This document shows, one piece after another, positions 1-42,360 of a DNA stretch of 64,000 nt; positions within the stretch are counted from its first letter, which is position 1, and each line of letters opens with the position of its first letter. A program made the position numbers and the translations under genes. The stretch spans positions 15,500,001 to 15,564,000 of the forward strand of contig CM022678.1 of assembly GCA_012295275.1 (NCBI GenBank). Reading direction: 5' to 3'. The notes beneath the pieces were generated by a model. That model had not been told where the DNA came from. It did no database searches and worked only from the letters and a program-made list of their open reading frames with translations. Source of the stretch: Chrysomallon squamiferum (taxonomy: Eukaryota; Animalia; Mollusca).

Positions 1-744
1 ATACATTTATAAAATAAATGGTGCACAGATTAACATAGTCTAGATATATATAGAGGGAGGGATACCAAGAACAAGAACTCATTAATATCAGTGGTATTCT
101 CCCATTTGTCACACATCCAGTTTACTCAGAGTGTGTTTTTATTAGGTGTGTAACAAACAGTGCATGTAACAAATGGGAAAATACCACATCAATGGCCAAG
201 AAATCCTGCCTTGCCAAGTAAGTATATGATTAAATAAGATTTCTTTTTCAATGAAATATGTTAATGTAAATGGTGGCCAAAGACTGCAATGTAAGTTCTA
301 AATATTTTCAGAACTTTGTTGGCTTTTAAAATAAAATGGGGCATCAGAATCTATGATTGGTAGTAATATGGTTGAAAAAAAGGAACCAGTGGCAAGACAA
401 ATTAATTATTTTCTAACAATCAAGCAAGTGTCAGACACTTGTGATCAACATGTGGTTTTTAGCAATCTTGTTAAAAACAAAAATAATGGACCATACATGA
501 ACAGGTTTTAAATATACTAGTACTCCAACCTGTTGACCATCTCTTTCTTTTTACTGTTTTGTAAATGATTATGTTTTTGGTTCTAATTCTAATATTTTTA
601 TGGGTATTAAATGTTACATTTTGCCCATGTTCTAAAACCCACAGGACTGAAACAGTTTGGCTGTGTTGTCAAAAGCCCAAGTAACCCATGACTGGTATTT
701 CTGGTTGTATTCAATTGTTGTGTACTATTAAAACTCGTATTTAC

Positions 745-18360
<17,616 letters not shown>

Positions 18361-18727
18361 GCTGAGTTATTTCCTCCTAGCTCAGTGCGAAGAGAACAAG
18401 CATGGTGACATCACAGCCGGTCTGCGTTGCCGCGGTAACGCTAAAAGCCCGGGTGACTGGTAAAGGAGGTTTCAGTTATTGATTGGGCTCCATGTTGGAG
18501 GTGAAGTGTTGGTTAGTGTTTCAGCTGAAGTGTTGGTTAGTGTTTCAGCTGAGTGGCAAACCAGTCACAGCAATCAGTTAGAATCTGAAAACAGTTTTAA
18601 TATTAGTTTTTACTCATAAATCACACACACAGATAAATAATATAAACACACACTCATATTCATATAAACACACACAAATCACACACACATAAATATACAT
18701 TTATATATATAGTGTGTGTGTGTATAC

Positions 18728-18780
<53 letters not shown>

Positions 18781-19308
18781 TATATATATATACATACATA
18801 CATACATACATACATACATACATACAAACATACATACATATAGATATATAATATGTAAATATATATATGGTGTATATAAACACACACACACACTGTCAGG
18901 TAATATCTGATAATAAGATACTCTTTTAATACTAGTTATTTTTATACACATACACCCACTCATTATATAGATACATATCAATAAGGATACAAATAAACAT
19001 TCATATATACACACACTCAAATATGCATATACATACATATATACAATAACACACACACACACACACACACATACGTACACATGTGTATGTGTATTCAAAG
19101 TTAGTTCACTGGTGTCTGACTGTTGATTTAGATCTCAAAAGACCATTTTGAAAACACTTCATTTAAAAAATAACGAGTACATTTTTATTGTTTTGTTTTG
19201 ACAGATAGCGACACTAAAATCAATATGCATGAATATAACACGTCTGTTGAGAACAGTTAGCTGAGAACAAAAACAGTTACTTCATTTAGTTTTTACATTA
19301 TTGTACTG

Positions 19309-19438
19309 CAGGACAAAAATCCTGTTACTGTCTTAAGATATTAACTTTATTCTGCTCAGGCAGAGCCTCGCTGAATCGTGCCATTCTAACATTCGCTCAG
19401 TAAAGCTGATATCTTAAGACAGTTACCAGTGATTCCTG
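19309..19438. mobile_element. Small MITE-like inverted-repeat element
   Basis: Arms 19327-19351 (ACTGTCTTAAGATATTAACTTTATT) and 19399-19423 pair at 22/25, extendable to CAGG...CCTG. Confidence 0.6.
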
Positions 19439-20162
19439 TTATATATCATTGATACACTGTTTGTTTTAATAAAGCAGTCAGTGAAGTAGATAAACAGTAA
19501 AGAGTTTGATTAGAACAGTTAATAAGCATTCAGACTGTTATTGGCTGCAGGCCTGTTTTTCTATCTGATGTTAACAGAATGTTAATAATAGTAGCTATCT
19601 ATACACATACATAAAATCAGCTAACTGTTAGTTTAGTAGTTCATAAACATATATTTTACCAACAATTTATCACCATTGTATAGTTTATATAGTTTATTAT
19701 ATAGTGTGTATGTATGTGTGTGTGTGTGTTTATACATAGATATAGACACACACACACACACACACACACATAATTTGAAAGAAGATTTGCTTTCTTTTTA
19801 GTTCAAAATTAATAATAATAAAATAGCAATAGTAATAACACTTGAGTAGTGATAGTAATACTAGACAGCAAATTTTAAAAGACAAAGTAATAAATTTAGA
19901 CAGGTCTAGTTTTTAGTGACTAATTCTGTAACAAAACTTACACAGTGACAAGTTAACAATCATATGAAAGGAAAAATACAGCAACTTTTAAAAATGAATA
20001 AATTCATGACAGGAATTGTGGACCCGAGATAAACTAAATCAACATTCACTGCCTTGATTCTCGATTTTTACCTGTAGTTCCAGTTCATACAAACAGGTGT
20101 GTAAGCTTGCCATGCTTGACTGAACACATGTTACAACTTTGACAATTGCTTTTTTAAAACCA

Positions 20163-20626
20163 CACCTGAGTTTACATTATTTTTGACAATACATTATTTT
20201 TTAAAGTCCTCCATTTTTTATATATTATTTTTATCTGAGTTTACATTATTTTTATCTGAGTTTACATTATTTTTACCTGAGTTTACACCTGAGTTTACAT
20301 TATTTTTATCTGAGTTTACATTATTTTTATCTGAGTTTACATTATTTTTACCTGAGTTTACATTATTATTATCTGAGACCTGAGTTTACATTATTTTTAT
20401 CTGAGTTTACATTATTTTTACCTGAGTTTATATTATTTTTTTGTTTTTTATTTTTATCTGAGTTTGCATTATTTTTATCTAGTTTATATAATTTTTATTT
20501 TAGTACCCTGACATTATTTTTATCTTACCTGTTTCATTATTTTTATGAGTTTACATTAAGGTTTGTTTTATTTTATTTTTGTTTTTTATTTTTATCTGAG
20601 TTTGTTTTATTTTTTATCTGAGTTTG
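20163..20626. repeat. 21-bp minisatellite A(T/C)CTGAGTTTACATTATTTTT
   Basis: Read directly; decays towards the right. Confidence 0.92.
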
Positions 20627-21572
20627 CTCTTTTTAACTTTTGCTATAGGTTGTACAGAGGATAATTATATTATTATTATTATTATTATTATTATTCTCTA
20701 TTTTATAATTATTATTTTATAAATATCAATATACACATACATATCCTCATGTACACACACCATATGTTACTACCAAAATAATAATTTTTTTGTTGTTGTT
20801 TTGTTTTTATTTTTTTGTAAATTAAACATTGATTCAGTTAAAGAAAGGATGAATAAAGGTTATGATCACTGTAACAGGGGAAGACAGAATGGTTATAACT
20901 AAAGTAGCAGGTTTCTAAATCAGAACTGAACATCAATACTGCAGCCTTGTTCTGATTAAAGTGATGATGTGCATGTTTGTGTGTGTATGTGTGCACACAC
21001 ACACACATACACACACACACACACATAAATATAATTATCAGTAGGTCAGCTCAATCCAGATTAAAGTAAGATTGTTCTAAATCAATACTGCAGCTTAGTT
21101 GAGATTAAAGTAACATAAGTTTAAGTCAAAGTATCAGTGCAACAGCTTAGTTCTGATTAAAGTAACATAACCTCTGTGTTAGTTCTGCAGCTTAGTAAAG
21201 ATTAGAAAAATTAGGAAAATAAATAAATAAATAAATAAAACATAAATAAAAATAATAAAGAATAATAAAAAAAAAAGACCAACCAAACAAAAAATTATTG
21301 CCTGTTATTACCTATATTAATAAAGCTTTGTATTTCTCTGTAAGCTGCATATTTATCTAAACTATACCAGTGTATTACAGCTTAGTCATAATAAAGTAAG
21401 AAATGTATGCAGTACTGTATAAACCATAGAGCTTAACCAGCTTCAAGTGATACATTGCTATACACTATTTTGTCAATACAGGAATTCATTCAGTGTGTAG
21501 TAGCAACACGTATAACATTGTACAAGTATTAAAACCACTCAAATTAACACATCAATCTAGATTCTAGACTAC

Positions 21573-21708
21573 GTAACACATTGTAACACAACAGAATGTG
21601 TGTCAAGATTAAAGTAACACATTGTAACACAACAGAATGTGTGTCAAGATTAAAGTAACACACTGTAACACAACAGAATGTGTGTCAAGATTAAAGTAAC
21701 ACATTGTA
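21573..21708. repeat. 41-bp tandem repeat, about 3 copies
   Basis: GTAACACATTGTAACACAACAGAATGTGTGTCAAGATTAAA. Confidence 0.92.
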
Positions 21709-22699
21709 TAAACTCCCCATGGTTAACAGCTGTTGGGCTGTTGAGTTAATAAATGTGCTATATAATTATAATAATAATTACACATATTGTACGCACACCC
21801 CATTATAAACATATTTTAACAATACAAGAAACACCATTCATGAGTTTAATTATTCACTGCTAATCATTAACTGAATAAAGTGAATAGCTCTTGTCAGCTA
21901 TGAATAATTTACCTTAATGACTTACACATTCTTGTTGATCATTTAAAAATATGTCAGCATAAAAGAAAGAGATCAGCAGAACATAAGATCAGCAGGAGAA
22001 TTATAAATATCCACGATTATAAAACAAAAAAACATCAGCTGACTCTCTCCCTCTCTCTCTGTTTGAGCTAAAAATTAAGATAATCCCACAGAATCATTCC
22101 AAGTTTTGAGAACAAATGACTTTGGGATGAAATCAATCCACAGCAAATTGTGCTTAGCCTGCAAATGGGGTTTAAAAGATAAATCAATATCTGTGTATGG
22201 AGAATACTACAATACTAACTGGGCTGACTGCAAGACGAGCAATCTGATTGGTCAATCCAGCTGGTCAGATGACGGCTACTACACCACAAATCAATAATCA
22301 CTGAAATGAAACAGCTGTTAATAAATTCCTGTTGGGAAACAAAACAAAATTTCAGAGATGACATGTGCAGTGACTGAGGCAAACTGCACCTGAGAGATCT
22401 GTGTAGGTTTTGACAGATGTTCTTTTGTTTTGGTTTTCAAATGTAATTTTATTACTTTGCATTAAAACTGGGATTGGTTTCATTACTTTCACATGTGCTG
22501 GTATGTTGAAGGTGTGTCTGTGGGTGTGTGCAGTCTGTTAATGACAATATTTGTCTGTCAGTATTGCCATCCTGTCTGTGTGTGTGTACATGCAAAATGA
22601 ATATGACAGGTCTGTTCAACAAGGGAAAACGTGGATGGTTAGCAGATGCTTCTTTCAAGAATACGTGGACAGACTTGTGGACAAACTGACAGATTAATG

Positions 22700-23485
22700 A
22701 TTTATGGGCACACATACAGGTGTATGTACAGAAACATGGATGTATGGACAGACACATGAATGTATGGACAGGCACATGAATGTATGGGCAGACACATGGA
22801 TGTATGAACAGACACATGGATGTATGTACAGAAACATGGATGTATGTACAGAAACATGGATGTACATACAGAAACATGAATGTATGAACAGACACATGGA
22901 TGTATGAACAGACACATGGATGTATGTACAGAAACATGAATGTATGAACAGAAACATGGATGTATGTACAGAAACATGATGTATGAACAGAAACATGAAT
23001 GTATGAACAGAAACATGAATGAATGTGTATGAGCAGAAACAGATACATGGATATATGAACAGGATCATGAATGAATGAACAGACAGATGTATGAATGAAC
23101 AGACAGATGTATGTATGAGCAGACACATGGATGTATGAACAGACAGATAGATGTATGAACAGGATCATAGATGTATGAACAGATAGATGTATGAACACTC
23201 ATGAAGAATGAACAGACACAATGAATGTATGAACAGGCACATGAATGTATGAACAGACACATGTATGTATGAACAGACTCATGGATGTATGAACAGACAG
23301 ATGCATGAACAGACACATGAATGTATGATCAGACAGATAGATGTTTGAAAAGACTCATGAATGTATGAACAGACTTATGGATACATGGACAAATATATTG
23401 TGGTATAGACAGTCATACAGGTATTTGGACAGACTTATGGCTTTATGGGTACATAGATGGACAGACACATGGACATATGGACAAA
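22700..23485. repeat. Minisatellite of about 20 bp, ATGTATGAACAGACACATGG
   Basis: About 35-40 variably degenerate copies; source of spurious ORFs. Confidence 0.93.
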
Positions 23486-24588
23486 TGAATCACTTTATAT
23501 CTGATCAGGTGATTATTTGTGACTAGATGATTAAATATCTATACATTTTCTCACTAAATCAAATTAGCAACATTAAAGGTATAGTTAAAAAACATTTTCT
23601 TCTGTGGATTTCAAAATATTTAATTATTAATAAATAAACAAACATTAAACACCCAGTATTTCAAAAACACACATAAACTTGAATAAACCTCTGAATGAGT
23701 CATATTAAAATTAGGTTTTAAAAAAAAAAATAAAAATAAAAATTATTTTCCATATGCATGTCTTTATAACAGTTATGACAAAAATACCTGTGAACATAAA
23801 TAAACTGACTTAAAGTATGTCAAATATAGATGTCAGTGACAGAATAGATGTCAATGTGTATGACCCTCTGGTCTAGTTTTCAAAATTAATAATATTAATA
23901 ATAATAATAATAATAAATATTATTATTATTATTATTGTTATTATTGTTGTTGTTATTATTATTATTATTATTATTACTGTTATTATTATCACTATTATTA
24001 TTATTATTTAATAAAACTATCAACATATATTTGTGTGATTACATAGTTGAGATTACGATTCATACAGATAATGTAAAAGAAAACCTACAACTATGTAATG
24101 GGCTGCTAATTTGCCATTAGCAGAAAAGAACTGATTAAATATACCTTCTCAAAGACAGCAAAGTTCACTTTTAATACAAAGAACAAGTCATGGACTGAAA
24201 ATCACCCAACTGAAAATTTCCCATAGTAATACTGAGATATAGACTTCTGTATTATTTATTTTTTATTTGTGTTAATTTAGATACATGTAACTTATAAAAA
24301 TGTATAATTGTATTTCATGTTACTGGTTACATTCTTAATAGTAGTTACTAAATTTTTAATGATTTTATATTTTTATTATTATTATTATTTTATACATATA
24401 ATAATAATATATTAAATGTATATGCATTCATTTATTAGGATTCTCAAGTTGTACATATATCATAAATTATTATTTTTGAAAGCTACTTACAATTGAATTT
24501 TATACATACAACTTACAAATAAATATTTGTTTTTAAATTATAATTATTAATAATTAATATAATATATCATTTTCCTTCCTTTCTTTAT

Positions 24589-24655
<67 letters not shown>

Positions 24656-24849
24656 TACTTTACATCATAAGGTTAAATGAATAAATAAATAAAATATCAT
24701 TTAAAAACAAATAAAATAAAATAAAATAAAATATAAATTCAGGAACATCATATTGTTCTGCAACTGGTATAAATTTAATTTGTATGCTGAATACAAAGTC
24801 AATTAATGAGTGTAAATTAACCACACAGACTGGTTCCTGACCTCACCTC

Positions 24850-25466
24850 AGTGTCGGTACGAAAACACTGCTTCTAAATAATTTATATCGACATGCACGT
24901 GTTAGCATTTTAAACTCACCTTCTTAGTGCATGCAGTTTTCACTTGGTTGCATAACTATTCCTAACTGATGTAAATATATCGTCTTAAATCTCAAGAATA
25001 ATCAGAACAAAAAACCCAGAATTTTACGTTTTTACAAACACGTTGAACAACGTCACTCAAATCTGTCTTAGCTTGCCGTTGTTATTGTCATTATAATGAG
25101 GGGAGGAGTTATAAATGTTTCCAGCCACTCATATAATAGTTTACATATATTTCTTACGTGGGTGAAGGAAAGTGTAAAACTGGAAATAAAAACATACGAC
25201 AAATGTTCAGTTTGTTAAATAAAATAGTATTTTAATTACTTGATTACAAATCCTAAATTAAAAGTTATAAAGTTCATTATAAGGTTACATTTATTTTTCA
25301 TCATTATCTTCTTTTTCTTCTTCTTCTCGTTATTATTATTGTTGTTATTGTTATTGTTATTTCAGCTAACAGACAAAAATAATAACAATACAAACATTTC
25401 AATATATGGAGAAAAACAGGTAAAAAAAAAAAAAAAATTAAAAAAAAAAAAAAAAAAAAAAATAAA

Positions 25467-25500
<34 letters not shown>

Positions 25501-26085
25501 GTAATAATAATAATAACATCACACTCTTATTCAAGATATCACTAAGAATTAATTTAAGACCATGAGACCATACTGCAGCTGATAATTCCTGTGGGTGAAA
25601 TAATTATACTCTCGATAACAAGAAATTTTTTTGACATACATACATAGTACACCTGCAGAATACAAACACACACACGCAGGTCCATACACATGCATACATG
25701 TAAACACACGCACACGCACAAACACGTACACGTAAATGAATATGAATACAGAAAGATATATAGAAACTATAACGGAAGTTATCGCTAAGTTGCTAACGTA
25801 GATAACTGTATTTCTATAAGCGTGTTTTGTAGTTAGTTCTTTCACACACATAACTCGTTCATTACTGGAAAACGTCCCACCGTTCTGATGTTATTCAGTC
25901 CTGTTGAAGTATTAAAAATATTAAACACTGTAATCTAGATGTCAAATCAGTTCTGTTACATATATAGTATCAACGTCTTTGGGTTTTAGATCATGCCAGC
26001 AACTCATAATCATACAGCTGCATTATGCAAGATTAAGTTTATTTCGTTACGGAAATGCTTCAAAATTGTGACTTTTTTATTATTA

Positions 26086-26129
<44 letters not shown>

Positions 26130-26198
26130 TTTTTTTTTATAAAAGATTGTGTGCGAGAACGTATTTATAAATATAAAGAAAAATATTGTTATCTATAT

Positions 26199-26238
<40 letters not shown>

Positions 26239-26373
26239 GCAGATGCTTATTATAAAATATAAAATAATTTTCATAAATTATTATTTTATAATAGAAGTGT
26301 AATAGAAATAACAGAAATAATGATAATAAAAGTACAACCAAACAATAATTTTTTTATAACGTCGCTCGCCTTT

Positions 26374-26420
<47 letters not shown>

Positions 26421-26800
26421 AGCAATGACCATGTTTACGAATAGACATATAAAACATTGTTATGTGATTCCATTCCCGCTTGTAATGCTCTTGATATATT
26501 TGCACTAACCAGATTCGTCCAATGAGTGAAAACATTATATATCGTTAACGGAAGTGGTCTTTATGCCAGCAAGTGTTATATGCGGCCGGCAAGTTTTTGC
26601 AAAAGTTGCATTAAATTACAAATAAATATTTTTATAGGCAACATAAGCTGAAAAAAGGTAATAAGGCATTTGAATAAATTTAAGTAGCAGCGATTAGAAT
26701 GTTATTCTATATTGACTTGTTGTAAAAGAAAACACGTATGCATAAATGTTACTGATGATCAACGTCCGTAGTGCTGATGTGGCACTCGGTTTTTGACTTG
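24850..26800. promoter_or_regulatory. Divergent promoter region between SLC12A8 and STT3A
   Basis: CpG dinucleotides are locally retained. ETS-like ACGGAAGT at about 25772 and 26548, CCAAT at about 26519. A probable STT3A non-coding exon 1 ends at donor AAG|GTAATA (26657). Confidence 0.55.
24920..25080 (-). other. Probable non-coding first exon of SLC12A8 (upper boundary approximate)
   Basis: Strong donor AAG|GTGAGT on the minus strand at 24920/24919, at the edge of a CpG-containing island, with a GA/GC-box-like GAGGGGAGGAG at about 25098. Confidence 0.5.
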
Positions 26801-27352
26801 ATAATAACCACTATACAAAGTCAACCTGTAGTCTTTACGTATTATGTGACAGGTACAACCTTTACTCCTCTGAGCTTGTTTAATAAATATTCATGGTTAC
26901 TAACAATTTTTTAAAAATCGTTTAATATAATTAGTCAGAAACTGAAAACATACATGATACAATTGTTTATTAATAAAGGCATTAAATGATTAATCATTTA
27001 ATCAGTTTAATTCTGCTTGAATTTACCTACGCAACTAATTTCATTAAAATCACTCTGATTTTAGAATGTTTCTGTTTTAATATTTTGACACATATGTCCA
27101 AGAAGACATTTTTTTGACAACGTTTGAAATGGAAAATTTGGTTATTTTAATTTCACGAGACTGCCTGTCATTAAATCATTTTACTGTCAACATCACTCAT
27201 CCGTCATTTTGGATATTTATTGCTATTAATCAAAATTACTGCTCTTTTATTTATTTATTTTATTTATTAGTATTTTGGATATTTATTGCTATTAATCAAA
27301 ATTACTGCTCTTTTATTTATTTATTTATTTATTTATTTATTATTATTATTAT

Positions 27353-27405
<53 letters not shown>

Positions 27406-27609
27406 TTTTATTTTATTTTATTTTTTTCATTTCAGTTTTATAAGTTTAGTCAAATGTTTATTAGATGATTATTGTTAAATTTTAAATTTAAGGATAAGAA
27501 AAGTCTTTTCAGCTAACATTTTAGTCAGTATGACATTAGAATCAGATACAGATTTTTGATCAGTCTTTGCTAGCAGATTTTATTTTCTTGTGTGTGTTAC
27601 AGAAAAAAG

Positions 27610-37275
<9,666 letters not shown>

Positions 37276-38292
37276 AAAAAATATACCAGACAGTTTTTAG
37301 ATTTATTATATTTAGTTTGTAATGGTTGAAAGACATGAGCTTTGTTTATAATTTTCATTAGTATCATCTGTTGGTTATTCGTAATTCAACTACTAAATCT
37401 ACTTACATAGACTCACAGTGTTCAAAAATATAATTAAAAATGGTGGTTTGAAAAATTTAATAGTGTTGATTACATTACTAAAAATATTTGTCAAAGGAAT
37501 TTTTATATTATATACTTCAAACTTGAAGTGATATTTCTTACTTACAGCAACAACAACATCAAGATATTTTAATTTCTTTTATATATATAATTATACCTGA
37601 AGTTAGTTAGTCTTTAACAGTTTGTAAACATGAATTCATCCTCACAAAAACTGGAAAAAAAGATAAAATAAATAAATAAATAAATAAATAAATAAAAATA
37701 AAGTAATAATTAATAACTGATTTCCTTAAAATATTTAGAAGACAAGATATTTGTTTCAGTTTTTATTTTCTCCATCAAAGTGTGTTGGATGTTTATGTGC
37801 CTTCATCCATTTTCTTAAACTTACTTATTTTTTTCAACATTTGTTTCATAAACGATTGTGACACCAAAACTTATTTTCATGGATCAGCGATCACAGAGAT
37901 AATGACATTATGTTACAAAACACATTCTGTCATTTGATTTAAAAAAAGAAAATGAATTCATTCATAATCTTAGTCTTATCTTGTTTGTATGGTTATTGTT
38001 TACAGATTAATGATGCAGAAAAATTGTAACTGCCAATTGTGTGTCTTTGATTGTTACTTGTGACAACATTTTTGTTGTAAAATTAAACATTATAATAGAA
38101 CATGGCTGTTTTCATATTTGTTTTTCAACTTCAGAAAGAATGACTGAGAGATAGTGAGAAAGTTCCTAAATAAAAGTGATGTTTATTAATTGGTCTTTTA
38201 TTATTAATGCAAAGACTTTAATAAGAACTGGTAAATTAAAAACAGCTGATTTCCTTAAAATATTTATTATTTAAAAAACAATAGAATAAAAC

Positions 38293-38376
<84 letters not shown>

Positions 38377-38808
38377 GTATGTTTTACACACTAACATACA
38401 CATATACATATACATATATACGTACATGCATATATAAACATAAAAATGAAGCACAAAATCTGATTTTTTTTTCTATTATAACCAATCTAATCAAATGTAT
38501 TTTATGTTTGTATAATTGAACCACTAATACAATAAATATATCTATTCATTACCTGGAAACAGTTCATTTGTTATAACCTGGAATTATTTTCTCTATAACT
38601 ATAAAAAAACCCATTATCATGTTCATTAGCTGCATGGCGATGCTGTTATACTCAAATCGATTTTGTTAGTGAAGCCATATTTAAATGTAACTAATCGATA
38701 ACCGCCGTTATCGTGATTAATAATAATTAATTAATTTGACGAAACGACCTAGATTTTATAAATACAATAATAATTTGTAATCATTTGTTAATAATAATAA
38801 TTATTTAT

Positions 38809-38872
<64 letters not shown>

Positions 38873-39175
38873 TAACATCATCAACAATAAGAAAAATAAA
38901 TATTCAGCCACCTTGAAACTTACATGATGGTACCAGTCTTTTATGAATATCCTAATTGTCTACGATATCAGATTGTGCAACAAATTCCATAATTTCTGTA
39001 CAGCCATTAAATTATTTCTTGAGTAAAATAGTATCGTGGAAATAATTGTTTTTAACCTATGACGTCAACAATACTTTGACGTAACGCGCTCGCCTAAGAC
39101 CTAAAGATTCAGATGTACGTTGTTGTTGATGTTGCTCTTCTTCTTCTTCTTCTTCTTTTTCTTCTTCTTCTTCTT

Positions 39176-39206
<31 letters not shown>

Positions 39207-39399
39207 TTATTATTATTATTGCTTTGCGTTATGTTCTATAACTGTTTAATAATTCAAAGGCAACGTAATTAAGTAAGTAAATTAACTTATAAACACCGAT
39301 GTTTATTTCGTTTCTTGAAGGTATCAAAATAGGTCTGTCTGCCTGTCTACCTACCTATCTATCTATCTATTTATCTATTTATCTATATTATTATCTATC

Positions 39400-39474
<75 letters not shown>

Positions 39475-39892
39475 TTTATTTTGGAAAGCCGATTTATACA
39501 GCAACGATACATTAATTAAATAAAAACGAAATAAAATATCCCATCTCCAACATTATCTCCATGAGAAACGTACAAACATTTTTATGGCTGGTTATTTATC
39601 TGTAAATTTCATTTAGAAGTAAATTCCGTGTTTGAATTTCTTTTTATATGGACAAACCACGGAATGTAAATTTTGTGCTTCAATTAATTTGTCCAGTGGG
39701 TTCAGTTTGTACTCCCTGTATTATAGTCTTCAGTAACATTAACCTAATTAATTTACTTACAATTCCTTTATAAAAGTATACTTTTAAAGCCTGAACAATC
39801 CTTTTTATATATATAATATATATATATATATATATCTTTTTTTTTTTTTAAATATTGATAAAATATTACTATCCGTAGGCTGTACGATAATG

Positions 39893-40282
<390 letters not shown>

Positions 40283-40877
40283 ATATTAAGTCTCAAAAAT
40301 AAAAGTAAATGCGTTGTTTATGATCTCTTGCCAAGTCGAATTTTATTCTTTTTTCTTTCTTCCTTCCTTCCTTCTTTCCTTTCTTTTTTTAAATATAATT
40401 TTCAAGACTGATTTTGACTGAGGCGATCTGAACCGATAATATCGTATGAAAGAAATACAGAAAACAATAATCGAATAAAAAAAAAAAAAAAAAAAAAAAT
40501 TAATAATAATAATTCAGTGTCACTTGACCGCCTACTGTTACAAAGCGTTGTAGTATTTGTTGTGAAGTTCCTTACGACACCTATGTGCGCGAACATACCA
40601 AACTGATTAGTTACAACGATTCGTTTTGTGTTTGAGTGTCACAATTAACACATACACAGGAATTAATAATGGTAATAGTAATAATAACACGTCTAAAAAG
40701 TAATTATTTTATTGTGAAGTATGTTTAGAGTTGTCAACATTAACACGTACATCTTTAGATTACTATTACAATATCACGAGTAGAAAAAGAAAGAAGAATT
40801 ATGACGTTGAATAATAATAATAAATGATAGTAACTGTTAATTATATTTAGAGTTTGCAGTATTAACACATGCATAAA

Positions 40878-40911
<34 letters not shown>

Positions 40912-41693
40912 TTAGATTATTTGTATAAAATATTGGTTTTAATCCTTCTGTTTTATTTTAACAAACGAAAAATAACGACAATAATAATAATAATAACAAC
41001 AACAACAACAACAACAACAATAATAATAATAATAAATGAAAAAACAAGAAAGTAAGCTATCGTGAGAGTGCGCATTTATATTGAAAAATTGAAATTCAAT
41101 ATTAATATTTTTTTAAATTATTTTTTCTTCCGATTTTTTCTTATTTATTTATTCAAAGGCAACGTCTTTTTCTTACTTCTCTTTTTTTTTCTTTTTTCTT
41201 TTTTAATTTATATATCATTTAAATTTTATAAATTATTTTTTCTTCTGAATTTTTTGTTCTTATTTATTTATTTATTATTAAGTCTTTTTCTCTCTCTCTC
41301 TCTTTTTTTTCTATTTTAATTTTTTTATTTTTGAAATTTATATGTCATTTATGTGTGCGTTATGTGTGATTGTTTACATGATTATGTACTTTTGTGCTCG
41401 GGCTACAAACAGTTTAACAGTTGCGCATGCTTTAATAACCAAACTATCTTCAACATAACACGATATGTGCAATATCGCGCGTGCGTCCGTGAAGTCACGA
41501 ACACACTACAGAGTTCATGTTATTCACACATACTGTAACAGCTTTGAATATAGTCCGGTCATTACAGCTACTAGCCTATCGTATATGTCTTAGAAAAATC
41601 AATGAAGCACAAGGCAGAGTTAATCAGCGTTACCAGCAGTTCACATACAGCGGCAACGCGTAACACGAGGTAAGACAGACGACACAAAACCCC

Positions 41694-41707
41694 GTCTCCA
41701 TAGCGAC
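41694..41707. promoter_or_regulatory. RFX X-box-like element
   Basis: GTCTCCATAGCGAC resembles the X-box consensus GTNRCC-N(0-3)-RGYAAC and lies about 90 nt upstream of the gene 3 ATG. Confidence 0.55.
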
Positions 41708-41798
41708 CAACAAGCTCTCGACGTTCAAACAGAGGACTCGAGGCGGTGTTTTTTTTCCTGTCGAATCTGAATTCTTTAACAAATAATTAACTCGAGCG

Positions 41799-41828
41799 AT
41801 GTCGGAATCTGATGTTAATGAAGCACAG
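41799..41828 (+). CDS. Gene 3 exon 1 (MSESDVNEAQ)
   Basis: GCGATGTCG start and CAG|GTAAGC donor in a CpG-rich region; composition matches the later exons. Confidence 0.6.
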
Positions 41829-42278
41829 GTAAGCGAAATGATGTTTTATTTTGTGATGTCTGAGATTTTTTTTTTTTTTTTTTAGCGTGAGGAATATGTT
41901 TTACATGTGTAACGGGTATGTGAATGGTTAACGTGTGTTTGTCGTGTGGAAGTAAGATATAAAGTTTTCGCTGTACGACTGTGTACGGGTTTTCAAGTGG
42001 TTATAGGGTAATAAAATGTTTTATCTCTTCATATATTTCGATTAATACTGTTAGAGGGGAAAACAAATTATTAATAGAAGAAGTATACGTATCTGCTAGC
42101 GTCTGAACAGTATGTATGTTGATATGTTGTTGGTTATTTTTTTTTTTTTTTTTTTTTATGTGTATGGTAAAAGATGGTAAACAAAATTATATACACACAC
42201 ATACATACATACATACACACATTATACACTTGCATATATACTGTGGGATTTTGGTGTGTTTCTCTGTGTCTGTGTGTG

Positions 42279-42360
<82 letters not shown>

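Noticed and set aside
22452-23316. 248-aa and overlapping His/Val-rich ORFs
   Set aside because: Open frames through a 20-bp minisatellite on several frames and strands.
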